From: a virus
DNA: 64,000 bases
Virus record (IMG/VR): IMGVR_UViG_3300045886_000052
Span: 4,080 to 68,079 of that record
Strand: one strand, 5' to 3'
Made by a program: the position numbers and the translations under genes. Numbering within the stretch: position 1 is the stretch's first letter; each line of letters starts with the position of its first letter. Under the pieces are notes generated by a model that was not told the origin of the DNA, did no database searches, and saw only the letters and a list, made by a program, of their open reading frames with translations. Of this stretch, positions 17,476 to 26,769 are shown in pieces.

Positions 17476-18634
17476 TGCTTTTCTCCTCTCTTATTGTGGC
17501 TGCGCGCAATTGAAGCTCCTCCTGCGGTTGCGGCGCGAATAGCACGCGCCCCACCTCCTCGAGCGTACTCAATCCGCCCGCCCATTTCGTACCGTCCGGG
17601 CGCTCTATTGCGAACTGATCCCAGCAGTCTTCCAGCGCGGCGCGCAACCTGTCGTTTCTCACCGCCCGCCCGTCTGCGCAGACGCGCCAGTCGTCCACGA
17701 TCTTGCGTAGTCGCTCGTTTTCCGCCTCGGCAGCGGTAAGGCTGTCTCGAAATTCACCGGCTATATTAGCCATCCCGTCTCGCTGTTGTAGTAGTGCTTC
17801 TGCCTTCGCCTCGGCTTCTTTGCACCGGCTCATCCACTCGTCGCGTTGTCGAACCGCCTCTACGATTGCTGTATCTTTTGTCTCTCTTTCCGCATCGGCT
17901 TCAACGAGCCGGACGGACACATCGTCAGAGTTTAAACTGAACAGGTCGCGCCACCTGTTGGACTCGCGGGCCATCACATCCCGCGCCGCCTCGGCTTCGC
18001 GCAGGCGCGTCAAAACCACGCGCACAGCTTCAGCCACGCATCGTAAGCCAACGCCGTAGCCGATAGGTGTTTCAAGTAATTCCGAGGCTTCCCGTAGCTC
18101 GGCTTCAAGTTTAACATTGCGCTGCTCGGCTTCGCGCAGTTGCGCTTTCATTTCCTCAAGCGCTACGAGATAGGCGCATGCGCCTTTAGCAACCGGCGGC
18201 TCATAGGGGATGTCCAGTTTTGTCGCTATGTCGCGCGCGAATTGTTCGGCTTCGCGCAGTTTCGCTTCGAGTTCTCTCACCGACGACTCGGCCAGCGCGC
18301 AGTAACGCGATTCGCCTGACTCAACGACGTGCGGACAGGCGTTATCGCGCAGCTTCGATTCGAGTTCGGTGATGCGGTCTTTCAGTGCGACTAATTCATC
18401 GTTGACAACTTTGCCAAGCGGCAGCGTGGTGGGTTCATATGTAACCCAGACTTTTACGCCGGGGCTGCCCGCGGCTATCCGCTCAGCGCATAAATCAGCG
18501 CGGAATTTAGAATAAAACTTCAAGCCCACCATTACCGGCTCGGGGTGTGTGGCGTCCGTCCAACATACTCTGAAAATGTCTCGTGTGCCCTCTTGAGGGC
18601 GCTCGTTATTGTCCATTGATTCCTCTTCGCTCAT
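17438..18634 (-). CDS. Coiled-coil protein with LREAE repeats (Ead-like)
   Basis: Repeated LEAKLREAE; shares a segment with 19256-19495. Confidence 0.7.
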   Translation of the reverse strand: MSEEESMDNNERPQEGTRDIFRVCWTDATHPEPVMVGLKFYSKFRADLCAERIAAGSPGVKVWVTYEPTTLPLGKVVNDELVALKDRITELESKLRDNACPHVVESGESRYCALAESSVRELEAKLREAEQFARDIATKLDIPYEPPVAKGACAYLVALEEMKAQLREAEQRNVKLEAELREASELLETPIGYGVGLRCVAEAVRVVLTRLREAEAARDVMARESNRWRDLFSLNSDDVSVRLVEADAERETKDTAIVEAVRQRDEWMSRCKEAEAKAEALLQQRDGMANIAGEFRDSLTAAEAENERLRKIVDDWRVCADGRAVRNDRLRAALEDCWDQFAIERPDGTKWAGGLSTLEEVGRVLFAPQPQEELQLRAATIREEKSSEPISSNDSRTV

Positions 18635-18660
18635 AATTCCCTTTCCTCCGGCTGTGACGG

Positions 18661-19125
18661 CTAGCGTTTCCGCTTCTGTTCTGCTTGCCAGTCCCGCATG
18701 ATTTCGTAACTGTATTTGTGGCTTTCGACGAACCGCTTGAACTCCTGAAGACCTTCGAGCGACATGGCAAGTTCGCGGTGTTTGATCTGTCTCACGGCGC
18801 CATCTTCAACTACCAGCACGCCGTTATCGTCCGTTTCTTCGCCTGAGTAATTCACTGATCCGCTCAGCGTGACACCGTGCGGCGTCAGTACGTTATCGAT
18901 GAGGTATTGCAACCACTCCACGTACTCGTAAAACTTCTCACCGTAATCCCATTCGATCCCTCGACAATCTTTCGTCAATTGCCATTGGCAGTATCCGCCT
19001 GGCGCATTCGGATCTTCCATTTTCCTGCCGTCGATACCTTCAAGCTCGCGCAACCGCACGATAGCTTCAGCGGGCGGCAGTTTGTCTAAGTCAAATCGTC
19101 CGTGAAATCTTGTCGTATATCCCAT
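18661..19125 (-). CDS. Conserved-looking phage hypothetical protein
   Basis: MGYTT.F.G.F...CQW...WDYGEKFYEYVEWLQYLI. Confidence 0.75.
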   Translation of the reverse strand: MGYTTRFHGRFDLDKLPPAEAIVRLRELEGIDGRKMEDPNAPGGYCQWQLTKDCRGIEWDYGEKFYEYVEWLQYLIDNVLTPHGVTLSGSVNYSGEETDDNGVLVVEDGAVRQIKHRELAMSLEGLQEFKRFVESHKYSYEIMRDWQAEQKRKR

Positions 19126-19255
19126 TGTTGAATTTCCTTTCTATGCTGCTTCTTCCACGGTGGAACCGGTTGCACGCCGCAATTTCTCGCGCAGTTCCAC
19201 GATGGCGTAAAACTGATTCACGGCCTCTTGCGAGTAGTAGGCCATATACCTATGT

Positions 19256-19495
19256 TTACTGCTTCGCTTCCCGTTGCTGGAGATCGCAGGTTGCCGGGTG
19301 AAAAGCTTCCAGCCCGCCTTGGTTGATCTCCATTTGAGGCGGGCATGCATTGCGCGTTCGTCCGTCTCGCTGCTGTGAGAGCGCTTCCGCCCTCGCCTCG
19401 GCTTCGCGCAGTTGCGCTTCGAGTTCGGCTATGCGGGCGTTGGCAGCGTCCAACTCTACTTGCGTGTCAATTAAGTCAAAGTATTCAGCGCTCAT
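19256..19495 (-). CDS. Coiled-coil hypothetical protein
   Basis: RIAELEAQLREAE; GAGG RBS. Confidence 0.5.
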   Translation of the reverse strand: MSAEYFDLIDTQVELDAANARIAELEAQLREAEARAEALSQQRDGRTRNACPPQMEINQGGLEAFHPATCDLQQREAKQ

Positions 19496-19507
19496 AGTTC
19501 CCTCTTT

Positions 19508-19819
19508 CTATTCCGCGTCCGGCTGCGCGCCCGGCGCGGTGGTTGTGGCAAAGCCGGGTCCAGTCTCAAGACTGACGCGCAATGCGTTGAGTAGCCGGCA
19601 CAAGCAGTTGCGGCATATATCGGGCGGACCGCCGAAGCCGGCTGGGTGATCCGTAAAGGACAATACCGGCCGGACCACCAGTTTGCATTGCTTTACGACT
19701 GGAAGAATATTGCCGGGGCTCGCCGAGTTGTATTCCTCGCCTATATGTTGGACGACCTCGACCCGCGCGGCGAGGTCCCACGCAGGTTCTTCACAAAGAT
19801 CGCAAAATACTTTTTTCAT
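19508..19819 (-). CDS. Hypothetical protein with CxxC pairs
   Basis: CDLC...DICRNC; ends QPDAE. Confidence 0.6.
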   Translation of the reverse strand: MKKVFCDLCEEPAWDLAARVEVVQHIGEEYNSASPGNILPVVKQCKLVVRPVLSFTDHPAGFGGPPDICRNCLCRLLNALRVSLETGPGFATTTAPGAQPDAE

Positions 19820-19833
19820 ATTTTCCTTTCTGG

Positions 19834-20106
19834 TTATGCCGCGTCCGGCTGAGTGTTCAGCATTTCAAACTGAGTGCCGATCGCGTTGTTAATCAGTCGA
19901 GCAAGGTTGCGATCTTCGTCGTTGACAATTCCCTGCCCGGTGCGAATGAACGATATAAGCCACGTCTGCCGCGCTTCAGCGTCGTCAGCTTGCATTCTGA
20001 ACTCGCCTTTAGCCGCCTGAGTCAGCATGCTTAAATGGGCCAGTGCGATCATGGTTTGCTCGTCTGAGTCAGCCAGCAATAATGGCGGCCTTGTTTTGTT
20101 TGTCAC
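19834..20106 (-). CDS. Hypothetical protein
   Basis: AAGGAG RBS before GTG; ends QPDAA. Confidence 0.5.
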   Translation of the reverse strand: MTNKTRPPLLLADSDEQTMIALAHLSMLTQAAKGEFRMQADDAEARQTWLISFIRTGQGIVNDEDRNLARLINNAIGTQFEMLNTQPDAA

Positions 20107-20428
20107 TCTTTCTCTCCTTGCAAAGTAGTCCGGCCATTTCCAGCGCCGTCCAGTTGAAGTAGCCGGCCAGCGAGTGAACTGAGTTGTCAGCCGTGGTCTT
20201 ATCCGGCTTGCGGCTGAGTACCCAGAGATACGAAACCCCATACTCAGTTTCCGCGATACTATAGCCCCGCATACGGCGGATCAGATAGCCCGACCGCTTC
20301 CGGCTTCGCTTCCATTTCGACCGTTCGTAAACAATGCCCCGCTGAGCACTCAGTTGGACGACATTATCTTTGTTTGCAGCCGGTTGCGATTTCGCCACCT
20401 GACGTTTCGCCCGGCTGACCGGAACCAC
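20069..20428 (-). CDS. Basic hypothetical protein (start uncertain)
   Basis: Open frame filling the gap between neighbours. Confidence 0.35.
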   Translation of the reverse strand: MVPVSRAKRQVAKSQPAANKDNVVQLSAQRGIVYERSKWKRSRKRSGYLIRRMRGYSIAETEYGVSYLWVLSRKPDKTTADNSVHSLAGYFNWTALEMAGLLCKERKSDKQNKAAIIAG

Positions 20429-20454
20429 TTTCAGCGACGCCGCTGAGTGTTCAG

Positions 20455-20547
20455 TTACCGCCTCAGCCACGCTATCAGCAGCAGCACCGCGAGCGCGAAT
20501 AGTACTTCCCAAACTAGGGAGCGGGTGATTATTTTGTGTCTGAGCAT
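20455..20547 (-). CDS. 30-aa TM peptide, not in ORF track
   Basis: GGAGG RBS and TAAATG coupling; MLRHKIITRSLVWEVLFALAVLLLIAWLRR. Confidence 0.45.
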   Translation of the reverse strand: MLRHKIITRSLVWEVLFALAVLLLIAWLRR

Positions 20548-21165
20548 TTACCCCTCCCCCTGGCCTTTTGGGTCTCGGTCGCTCCGCGCAAACCCGGCAA
20601 CGGGCGCCGCCGGCAACGCGGATGTCGCCTTCGACTTCAGCACGCCTTTCAACTCCTGCTCCCGCACGGCTGATAGGGTAGAGACGGTATTGATCCTCAT
20701 CTTCGAGCGAACGTCGAGCAGGATAATCCCGGCCCACGTCAGCAGCGTAGCGCCGAGGACGAGGACGGGAAGGCCGTTCGATTGATAGAAGTCGCCGAAG
20801 CCGTCCAGGTATCCGAATAGATTCTTTCTGAAGTTCAGCGCGCAGTGAAAGAGCAGGATAGTGTAGGTGACGGCGTCACCGGCCAGGCCGATCCATTTCT
20901 GCGCGTTCGTTGTGAAGAGCAGAAAGTGGCAGACGATCAGCGCGATTAAACTGCCCTCCACGCAGCCTACCGCCATGAACGCGTTGAGGTAGGCGCCCTT
21001 CCCCGCTCTGTCGCCGCCGGCTAAATCAAAGAACAAATGCCAGGAGTGGTAGGCGAGAAAAAGACTTGTCAGGATTACGAAGATGATCCCGATTCCGAGA
21101 AGTTTGTTTGAATTTTCAAGCTGGCTCTCGGCCTCTCCGAGAACGTCATTGATGTTTGTTTTCAT
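20548..21165 (-). CDS. Multi-pass membrane protein
   Basis: About four hydrophobic segments. Confidence 0.65.
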   Translation of the reverse strand: MKTNINDVLGEAESQLENSNKLLGIGIIFVILTSLFLAYHSWHLFFDLAGGDRAGKGAYLNAFMAVGCVEGSLIALIVCHFLLFTTNAQKWIGLAGDAVTYTILLFHCALNFRKNLFGYLDGFGDFYQSNGLPVLVLGATLLTWAGIILLDVRSKMRINTVSTLSAVREQELKGVLKSKATSALPAAPVAGFARSDRDPKGQGEG

Positions 21166-21293
21166 ATGCTGCTCCCTTCCCTTTTGGGAGCGGCGACGTG
21201 TAAGATTTCGTCGCCGCGTAGTTGGTTAAGTTCGGTTACGCGGTTCGTCCCCGTCCGCAGGCCTTTCGAGTCGAGCGGGCGGGGGCGTTGTGG

Positions 21294-22067
21294 TTATGCA
21301 GTCCAAAGAACTTCTTGTCGCAGGCGTTGGGCTGCGATTTCAGCGTATTTCTCTTCTATCTCGATACCTATGGATTGCAGCCCTGCATCCTTCGCCGCGC
21401 GCAATGTTGTGCCTGATCCGCAAAATGGATCAAGAACGCAGCCCGCATTGACGGCGCCTAGAATCTTTGCCGGCAACGCTAGGGGGAACGGGGCTGGATG
21501 CGCGTTAACGTCCGGTGCCATCTGCCATACGTCGCCCAGTCCCGAATCGCTTCTTGAACGCAGGCGAAAGTCCGGGCGGGCCAGGAGCAGAATCCATTCC
21601 GACGTCGGCATAAAAGCCGTCGGATTGAAGTTCATGCCGCCCGGGCGTGCCCAGGTAATGATCTGTCTAACCTCGACCTCTTCGGGAATAAGCTCGAACG
21701 GCGTCCAAAGTTTCGCGCCGATCACGCGCGGCTTGTGGTTGTAGAAAATAGCGCCCTTGTCGGTGAGTTTGCGCCAGAGTGCCCGCAGGATCGAGCGCTG
21801 CCAGTCCACGTATTGCGGCCACGGCATAGAATCGTGATGTTGGCCGTATCGTACACCGGCCGACGCGTCGGCGCCGTTCTTCCAAAAGCCCTTGCCTCCA
21901 GCAGAGCCGCCCGGTTTCCAGTGTCCTAGATGCGGCCACGGCGATGCGCCCAGGTTGTAGGGCGGCGATGTGATGACCAAATCCGCCGGGCCCAACTGCG
22001 GAATGATCTGGACGCAATCGCCCAGATATATCGTCGCAAACCCATCCTGGTAATACGGCTTCAGCAT
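21294..22067 (-). CDS. Site-specific DNA methyltransferase (N4-C/N6-A, beta class)
   Basis: TSPPYN, HPAPFP, LDPFCGSGTT, IGIEI. Confidence 0.92.
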   Translation of the reverse strand: MLKPYYQDGFATIYLGDCVQIIPQLGPADLVITSPPYNLGASPWPHLGHWKPGGSAGGKGFWKNGADASAGVRYGQHHDSMPWPQYVDWQRSILRALWRKLTDKGAIFYNHKPRVIGAKLWTPFELIPEEVEVRQIITWARPGGMNFNPTAFMPTSEWILLLARPDFRLRSRSDSGLGDVWQMAPDVNAHPAPFPLALPAKILGAVNAGCVLDPFCGSGTTLRAAKDAGLQSIGIEIEEKYAEIAAQRLRQEVLWTA

Positions 22068-22228
22068 AAGAAACACGCGCTGTGGATACACGCGCGCGAG
22101 TGTGTTTAATTTTAGTGTGGATTGTCGCCGAGCGTTTGGAAGCCGCTCGGCGCCAGTCGCCCTATTGGAAGTAGGACGACGGCAAAAGTCACGATGGCGG
22201 AAGGATTATAGCGAAAGAATTCTATTCG

Positions 22229-23785
22229 TCAATCCCGATCAGAGTCGGACTTAGCCAGAACCGTATAGGTCGTCGTGACGACTAATTTAGAACTGGATAA
22301 AAAGCCGGCCGTCCTGAGGCTCCACCACTTGCCGTTCGCGATTACCTCGATCCGCAGTTCTTCCAAATCGAGCCGCTTTCGCTCGAACGTCAACTCGCCG
22401 GCTGTCTCAGCCGCAAGCCGCGCGCAGGTCTCGTAAACCTGCTCGACGCCCACGCGCCCGCCCTGCTGCTCGCGGAGATCGCGCTCAATCTCGGACGCTT
22501 CCAGGCGCAGGCGTTCGCGCTCGGCTTCGATCTCACCAATCTCTTTTTCAATGAGCGCTGCCACGCGCCCCTCGGCTTTGCGCAATCGTTTTACCAATCG
22601 CTCTTGCTCAGCGCCGCGCTGCTCGATCTGGCTACGAACGATACCGAACCGCGACGTCAATTGCTCGACGATTCCGACCGTGCGCGCCAGGTCGAGCGCT
22701 TCGATGAGGCTGTCAGGATTGTTGACGAGCCACACGAAGCGCTCCCAGACCTCGCGCTCGATCCGGTCGGCGCGCACTGACTTTCCGCCGCAGCGCGTAT
22801 ATCCGTTGTGGTGGCGCTGAAATTCCGAGGCGCAGCGGTAGTAGTAAAGACCGTGCTGTATGGCGACGTACATCCGCGCGCCGCAGCTCGCGCAGAAGAT
22901 CAAGCCCCGCAGCAGCGCCGGTCTGCTCTGGTTGCGCAGCGCCTCGCCGCGGTTCGCGTCGAGCCGTTCCTGCGCTTTGTCCCAAACCTCGGCGTCCACC
23001 AATGGCGGAAAGATCCCGTCCGGCATTCGCAGTAGCTCGCCGCCGTGTCTGTACGCCCACGCCTCGCCCTTGTAGGCGGGATCGCGCAGCAACACGCGCA
23101 ATGTTCCGGGATGCCACTGCCCCTTGCATTCACCGCGAGATGTGAAGCTCGTCGGGACGCCCGAGCGGTTGAGATCCTTACAGATCGTTCGCAGCCCCTG
23201 CCCGGCGCAGACTTCACGGAAAATACGGCGCACGATTTCCCCTTGGGCGTCGTCTATCTCGGCAATCCCCTGCTCGCGGTTTTTCCGGTATCCGAATTTG
23301 TCCCGGCCGCCGCCCCAGATTTTTCCCTCCATCACCTTCTTGCGTTTGCCGCGCATTGTACGGTCGAGGATCTTGCCGATCTCACCGGCGGCTTCGTGTC
23401 CGGCGACGAGCGCCATGATCTTTCCGGCAATCGTCGTGAGGTCGAGCGGATTTCTTATGAATCGGACTTCGGTATTGAAGTGGCGAAATTCAACGAGCAG
23501 GTAGAAAATATCTTCCGCCTCTTCGCCGCGGATCAATCGATCCTGCGCGTAGCAATAGACGATCTGCCGCTCGCTCTTGTGCTGCTCGAGCGCGGCGCGC
23601 AATTGGCTCAGCTCCGGTATGGCGCGCAGGTCTCGCCCCGAAAACTGCACTTCGTACTCGCGGTCGGGCGTGACGCTTACGTCATCGGCTGCCGCGGCTT
23701 CACGGCAGGCGTCAAGCTGGCTTTTGATCGAATATTTTTCCTCGTCGTAGAGGTTGGACTCCCGCGTCCAGATGTAGCCGATCAT
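22229..23785 (-). CDS. Large serine integrase
   Basis: N-terminal resolvase domain (TRES, SG, DRL), FGY recombinase domain, LLRGLIFCASCG..YYRC Zn ribbon, coiled coil. Confidence 0.93.
   Translation of the reverse strand: MIGYIWTRESNLYDEEKYSIKSQLDACREAAAADDVSVTPDREYEVQFSGRDLRAIPELSQLRAALEQHKSERQIVYCYAQDRLIRGEEAEDIFYLLVEFRHFNTEVRFIRNPLDLTTIAGKIMALVAGHEAAGEIGKILDRTMRGKRKKVMEGKIWGGGRDKFGYRKNREQGIAEIDDAQGEIVRRIFREVCAGQGLRTICKDLNRSGVPTSFTSRGECKGQWHPGTLRVLLRDPAYKGEAWAYRHGGELLRMPDGIFPPLVDAEVWDKAQERLDANRGEALRNQSRPALLRGLIFCASCGARMYVAIQHGLYYYRCASEFQRHHNGYTRCGGKSVRADRIEREVWERFVWLVNNPDSLIEALDLARTVGIVEQLTSRFGIVRSQIEQRGAEQERLVKRLRKAEGRVAALIEKEIGEIEAERERLRLEASEIERDLREQQGGRVGVEQVYETCARLAAETAGELTFERKRLDLEELRIEVIANGKWWSLRTAGFLSSSKLVVTTTYTVLAKSDSDRD
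22251..22300. other. Candidate attP: 24-bp imperfect inverted arms around a central GT
   Basis: TTAGCCAGAACCGTATAGGTCGTC-GT-GACGACTAATTTAGAACTGGATAA; 16/24 positions symmetric. Confidence 0.6.
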
Positions 23786-23797
23786 AGGTGATTTCTA

Positions 23798-24364
23798 TCA
23801 AAAGAGTTCTTTGGACGCTTGAGACATCTGGACTGCATGCTTGAACGCTTTTTCAAATCTGCGCGCCGTTTCTTCGCTGTCAAAATTCAGCGCGAACTTG
23901 CTGATCATGTCGGTATAAACGCGAGGAGCGCCGTGATCGTTTTGCGCCGGGATCGTGCGCCTGATCGCCCTTTTTCCGTCTTTGGTGCTGAGTGTCAACT
24001 CATAATTCGGAGGCTCGGCGCTCACCGGTGATCGCTCAACTAGGATTTTTTCAGGATCGAGGGATATGAGCGAAAAGAGATAAGTTCCGCCATTGCCGCT
24101 TTTGAGCCCGTCCGGGAGAACTGTCTCTCCATGCGTTAAAAGCGTGCAGGAAGCGCCGTCGAATGTCGCGGAAATCACCCGCAGCGTAATAGCGCTTCCG
24201 TTCAACTTGCCTTCGTAGGCGGCCAGCGCCGGTAATTGCTGAGCAAGCCATTGAACAGTCTCGTCGAACGTCGGCGCATCCTGCCGCTTCGGTCGATCAG
24301 CCTGTCCACACGCAACAATACACGTTGAGAGTAGGAGCGCAATTGCGCCTAACATATGCTTCAT
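23798..24364 (-). CDS. Lipoprotein (candidate superinfection exclusion)
   Basis: Signal peptide with IVAC lipobox; lies between integrase and repressor. Confidence 0.6.
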   Translation of the reverse strand: MKHMLGAIALLLSTCIVACGQADRPKRQDAPTFDETVQWLAQQLPALAAYEGKLNGSAITLRVISATFDGASCTLLTHGETVLPDGLKSGNGGTYLFSLISLDPEKILVERSPVSAEPPNYELTLSTKDGKRAIRRTIPAQNDHGAPRVYTDMISKFALNFDSEETARRFEKAFKHAVQMSQASKELF

Positions 24365-24383
24365 CGCGAGTCCTTTCAAAGTG

Positions 24384-24423
24384 AAAACCCCCGCCGGAGC
24401 CCGGCGCGGCGGGGGCTTTGTTT
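24384..24423. terminator. Probable bidirectional terminator
   Basis: AAAA-CCCCCGCCG...CGGCGGGGG-CTTTGTTT. Confidence 0.55.
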
Positions 24424-24766
24424 AAGCCGTCATCAGCAAGTTTGCCAACGCGGCGGTTAGTCCTGTGAATTGGAGCATCAGGCTATATATTCTGGGCGCC
24501 CACTGCTCCGATTGTTGTAGTTGATAAAATTCCAGCACTCGCACCACACCCAGCCAACCCTGTCCCCTATAGAGCGCAATGGTAATGTTGCTATCTTGCC
24601 GTCTAACAACAATCCAATCACCTGGCGCCGGCTTGGCGTCGTAGTCAACCGTAATAAATAAGTCGCTCTCTTCAACGTGGTAAACAAGTGTCCTGAAACG
24701 GTCTGCTTTTTTAGCCTCGGCCGGGCGTGTGGGCGCGTCGGGACGAGCGCGGTCGATTGAAGGCAT
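24422..24766 (-). CDS. Hypothetical protein, weak S24/LexA C-domain-like pattern
   Basis: VDYDAKPAPGDWIVVR...LGVV. Confidence 0.4.
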   Translation of the reverse strand: MPSIDRARPDAPTRPAEAKKADRFRTLVYHVEESDLFITVDYDAKPAPGDWIVVRRQDSNITIALYRGQGWLGVVRVLEFYQLQQSEQWAPRIYSLMLQFTGLTAALANLLMTA

Positions 24767-24861
24767 AATCGATCCATCCTTTACCGAGATCGTTAATGGA
24801 AGCCGGTGGCGTGTCGCCGGCAGGACGTATGCGATGGAGTCCCGGCAGGGTGGGGGATTCC

Positions 24862-25239
24862 TTACTTGCGGCCTCCTTTCTTGTTCGACCGATCGTTGAG
24901 TGATGCGTCCGTCGTGTGATTTAGAGAAATCGTTTTGTTGATAGATTGCGTGGGAATGTTGTCAGCTTGTCGTTGTAGCGCTTGGACTATCGCAAGCACT
25001 CTTTCCTGGTCCTCTACGGAAAGCTCGTTGAATAGATTTATCAGCATCTGCTCGCGCGGGTTTTTGGAAACGGGCGCATTGTGTCGCGCCTGCCACCCCA
25101 GTACGACAAGCTGTCTTGAATATGTGCCTGGGGCGATGCCCAGCGCCTTGCCTTCATCCTCAATGGCACGTTTCAGCGAGGGCTCGACCTTTACCCCCAA
25201 GTTTTCAAGCGACGCTTTGTTGGCTTTTGATCTAGGCAT
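24862..25239 (-). CDS. Putative immunity repressor, ribbon-helix-helix-like
   Basis: NLGVKVEPSLKRAIEDEGKALG N-terminus; LINLFNELSVEDQERVL C-terminal helix; divergent position. Confidence 0.6.
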   Translation of the reverse strand: MPRSKANKASLENLGVKVEPSLKRAIEDEGKALGIAPGTYSRQLVVLGWQARHNAPVSKNPREQMLINLFNELSVEDQERVLAIVQALQRQADNIPTQSINKTISLNHTTDASLNDRSNKKGGRK

Positions 25240-25276
25240 AATTTTAGTTTACCGAAATCACGCATTAGGGACAAGC

Positions 25277-25320
25277 GTTAACGTAGGGGCTTGACAAGTT
25301 AACTTTGTAAGCCATATAGT
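25277..25320 (+). promoter_or_regulatory. Sigma70 promoter with two GTTAAC boxes; probably leaderless
   Basis: TTGACA 25291, 18 nt, TATAGT 25315; GTTAAC at 25277 and 25298; ATG 6 nt downstream. Confidence 0.75.
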
Positions 25321-25326
25321 GCGCCC

Positions 25327-25569
25327 ATGGTCGAATCCAAACCCAAACAACGTAAGCGTCGAGCCGGGCGACCACTCAAGCCGGAAGCTGAAAAATTTGT
25401 CCTCCTGGGCGGCAAAGTGCCTCCTGAAATGCTTGCCGCTATTGAGGAAATTGCGGGGGAGCGGAATTGGACACGATCTGCTGCCGTCCGCGCGGCCTGC
25501 GCCCTGCTGATCAAGCATGAGACGGCAAGAAAAAATTTGCTGGTTAACGAAAATCTCTTGACAGGTTAA
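25327..25569 (+). CDS. CopG/RHH regulator in the Cro position
   Basis: GRP...GGKVPPEMLAAIEEIAGERNWTRSAAVR. Confidence 0.75.
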   Translation: MVESKPKQRKRRAGRPLKPEAEKFVLLGGKVPPEMLAAIEEIAGERNWTRSAAVRAACALLIKHETARKNLLVNENLLTG

Positions 25570-25586
25570 CTAAAATAACCGATACT
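25543..25586 (+). promoter_or_regulatory. Second sigma70 promoter with two GTTAAC boxes
   Basis: TTGACA 25558, 17 nt, GATACT 25581; GTTAAC at 25543 and 25565. Confidence 0.75.
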
Positions 25587-25750
25587 CCGCTTGTCAGTTG
25601 ATAACGCTCCTTGAATCCCCGAATACGATAACCGCCGCGGTAGGTTGGTTGGGTGGTCACGGAGTAACGCACTCGTTAAGACGGCTCAGCGCTACGCAAG
25701 GCGGAAACGGCAACCTGGGGATTCGAGGGGCGATCAAACACGGAGACATT

Positions 25751-26044
25751 ATGAAAATCGCCACTTGCAAAATTTGCCGCCGAAGCCTGAAAAACGAAGC
25801 CAGCGTCGCCAGGGGCATTGGCCCCGAGTGCGCCGAGAGATTCGTGTGGATGAAATCGAACGCGGGCCTGACACTCGAAGCCCTCGACATTTCCGAATCG
25901 ATAGCGGCCGATCCCGTAGTCGCTCGCTGTCTCCACTTTGCCGAACTGGCTTTGCTTATTGGCAGACGGAGCGACATGGAGCGCTTCAAGATCAGCGCGC
26001 GGGACGCGGCGCGAAGAGCCTCGGCGCTGACGGAGGTTGCATGA
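25751..26044 (+). CDS. DUF6011-like Zn-binding protein
   Basis: CKICRRSLKNEASVARGIGPECA; GGAG RBS. Confidence 0.75.
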   Translation: MKIATCKICRRSLKNEASVARGIGPECAERFVWMKSNAGLTLEALDISESIAADPVVARCLHFAELALLIGRRSDMERFKISARDAARRASALTEVA

Positions 26045-26355
26045 CGCCAAAATGCCTACACTGCGAAAACGACAACGGCCGTGATTTTCCGGTCTGCGGC
26101 GACTGCGAATCCACCTGCCACTTCACCAGTCGAACGGATTGCCGCTGTCTGGCTTGCGAGGACGCGCGCGACTTGGCGCAGCTTCCGGCGGCGCTGCAGG
26201 ATCGATTCAAAGATTCCGTCCTGATCGCGACGTCCGACGACGAGCCGGACAAGGTCAGGGTTCCGTTCCGGTTTGAATATCTCAAGCCGGAAATCCGACA
26301 GCGCGTTGCTGTGGCGCTCGCGGAGACGGTGAAAGAGTGGGCCAAAGCGGCCTGA
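26041..26355 (+). CDS. Cys-rich hypothetical protein
   Basis: GGAGG RBS; ATGA coupling. Confidence 0.6.
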   Translation: MTPKCLHCENDNGRDFPVCGDCESTCHFTSRTDCRCLACEDARDLAQLPAALQDRFKDSVLIATSDDEPDKVRVPFRFEYLKPEIRQRVAVALAETVKEWAKAA

Positions 26356-26454
26356 AGCGCGCCACGCGGGCGCAATGGGCAATGGGCGACGGCAAACGTC
26401 GCGATGGCAATGGCGGGGCGGTTTGGAAGGCCGCTTCGCGGAAAGGGAGCAGAT

Positions 26455-26769
26455 ATGAACCTAATCAAGGTTGGCAATCTGATTCTAAACCTCTCGCAAT
26501 TGATCGACGCGGAATTCACGCCGGCTTCTGGCGGCGTGGACGAAGAGACAGGCCGGCAGTTCAACCGCATGGCCAAACTTGAATTGCGCTTTGCCGGTCC
26601 GCAGTCAGAGCCGCACACCAACTACGACGGCGATTACGTCGGTTTCGCCGATCATTCGCCCTACTCTCGAATCCTGCGTGGCGAAGAAGCTGAAGAAGTC
26701 TTCAGCGAACTCTGCATGAGGGACACCCGCAAGCCGAAGGAAACGGGCAGATCGCAATCTGCCGGCTGA
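26455..26769 (+). CDS. Hypothetical protein
   Basis: GGGAG RBS. Confidence 0.6.
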   Translation: MNLIKVGNLILNLSQLIDAEFTPASGGVDEETGRQFNRMAKLELRFAGPQSEPHTNYDGDYVGFADHSPYSRILRGEEAEEVFSELCMRDTRKPKETGRSQSAG

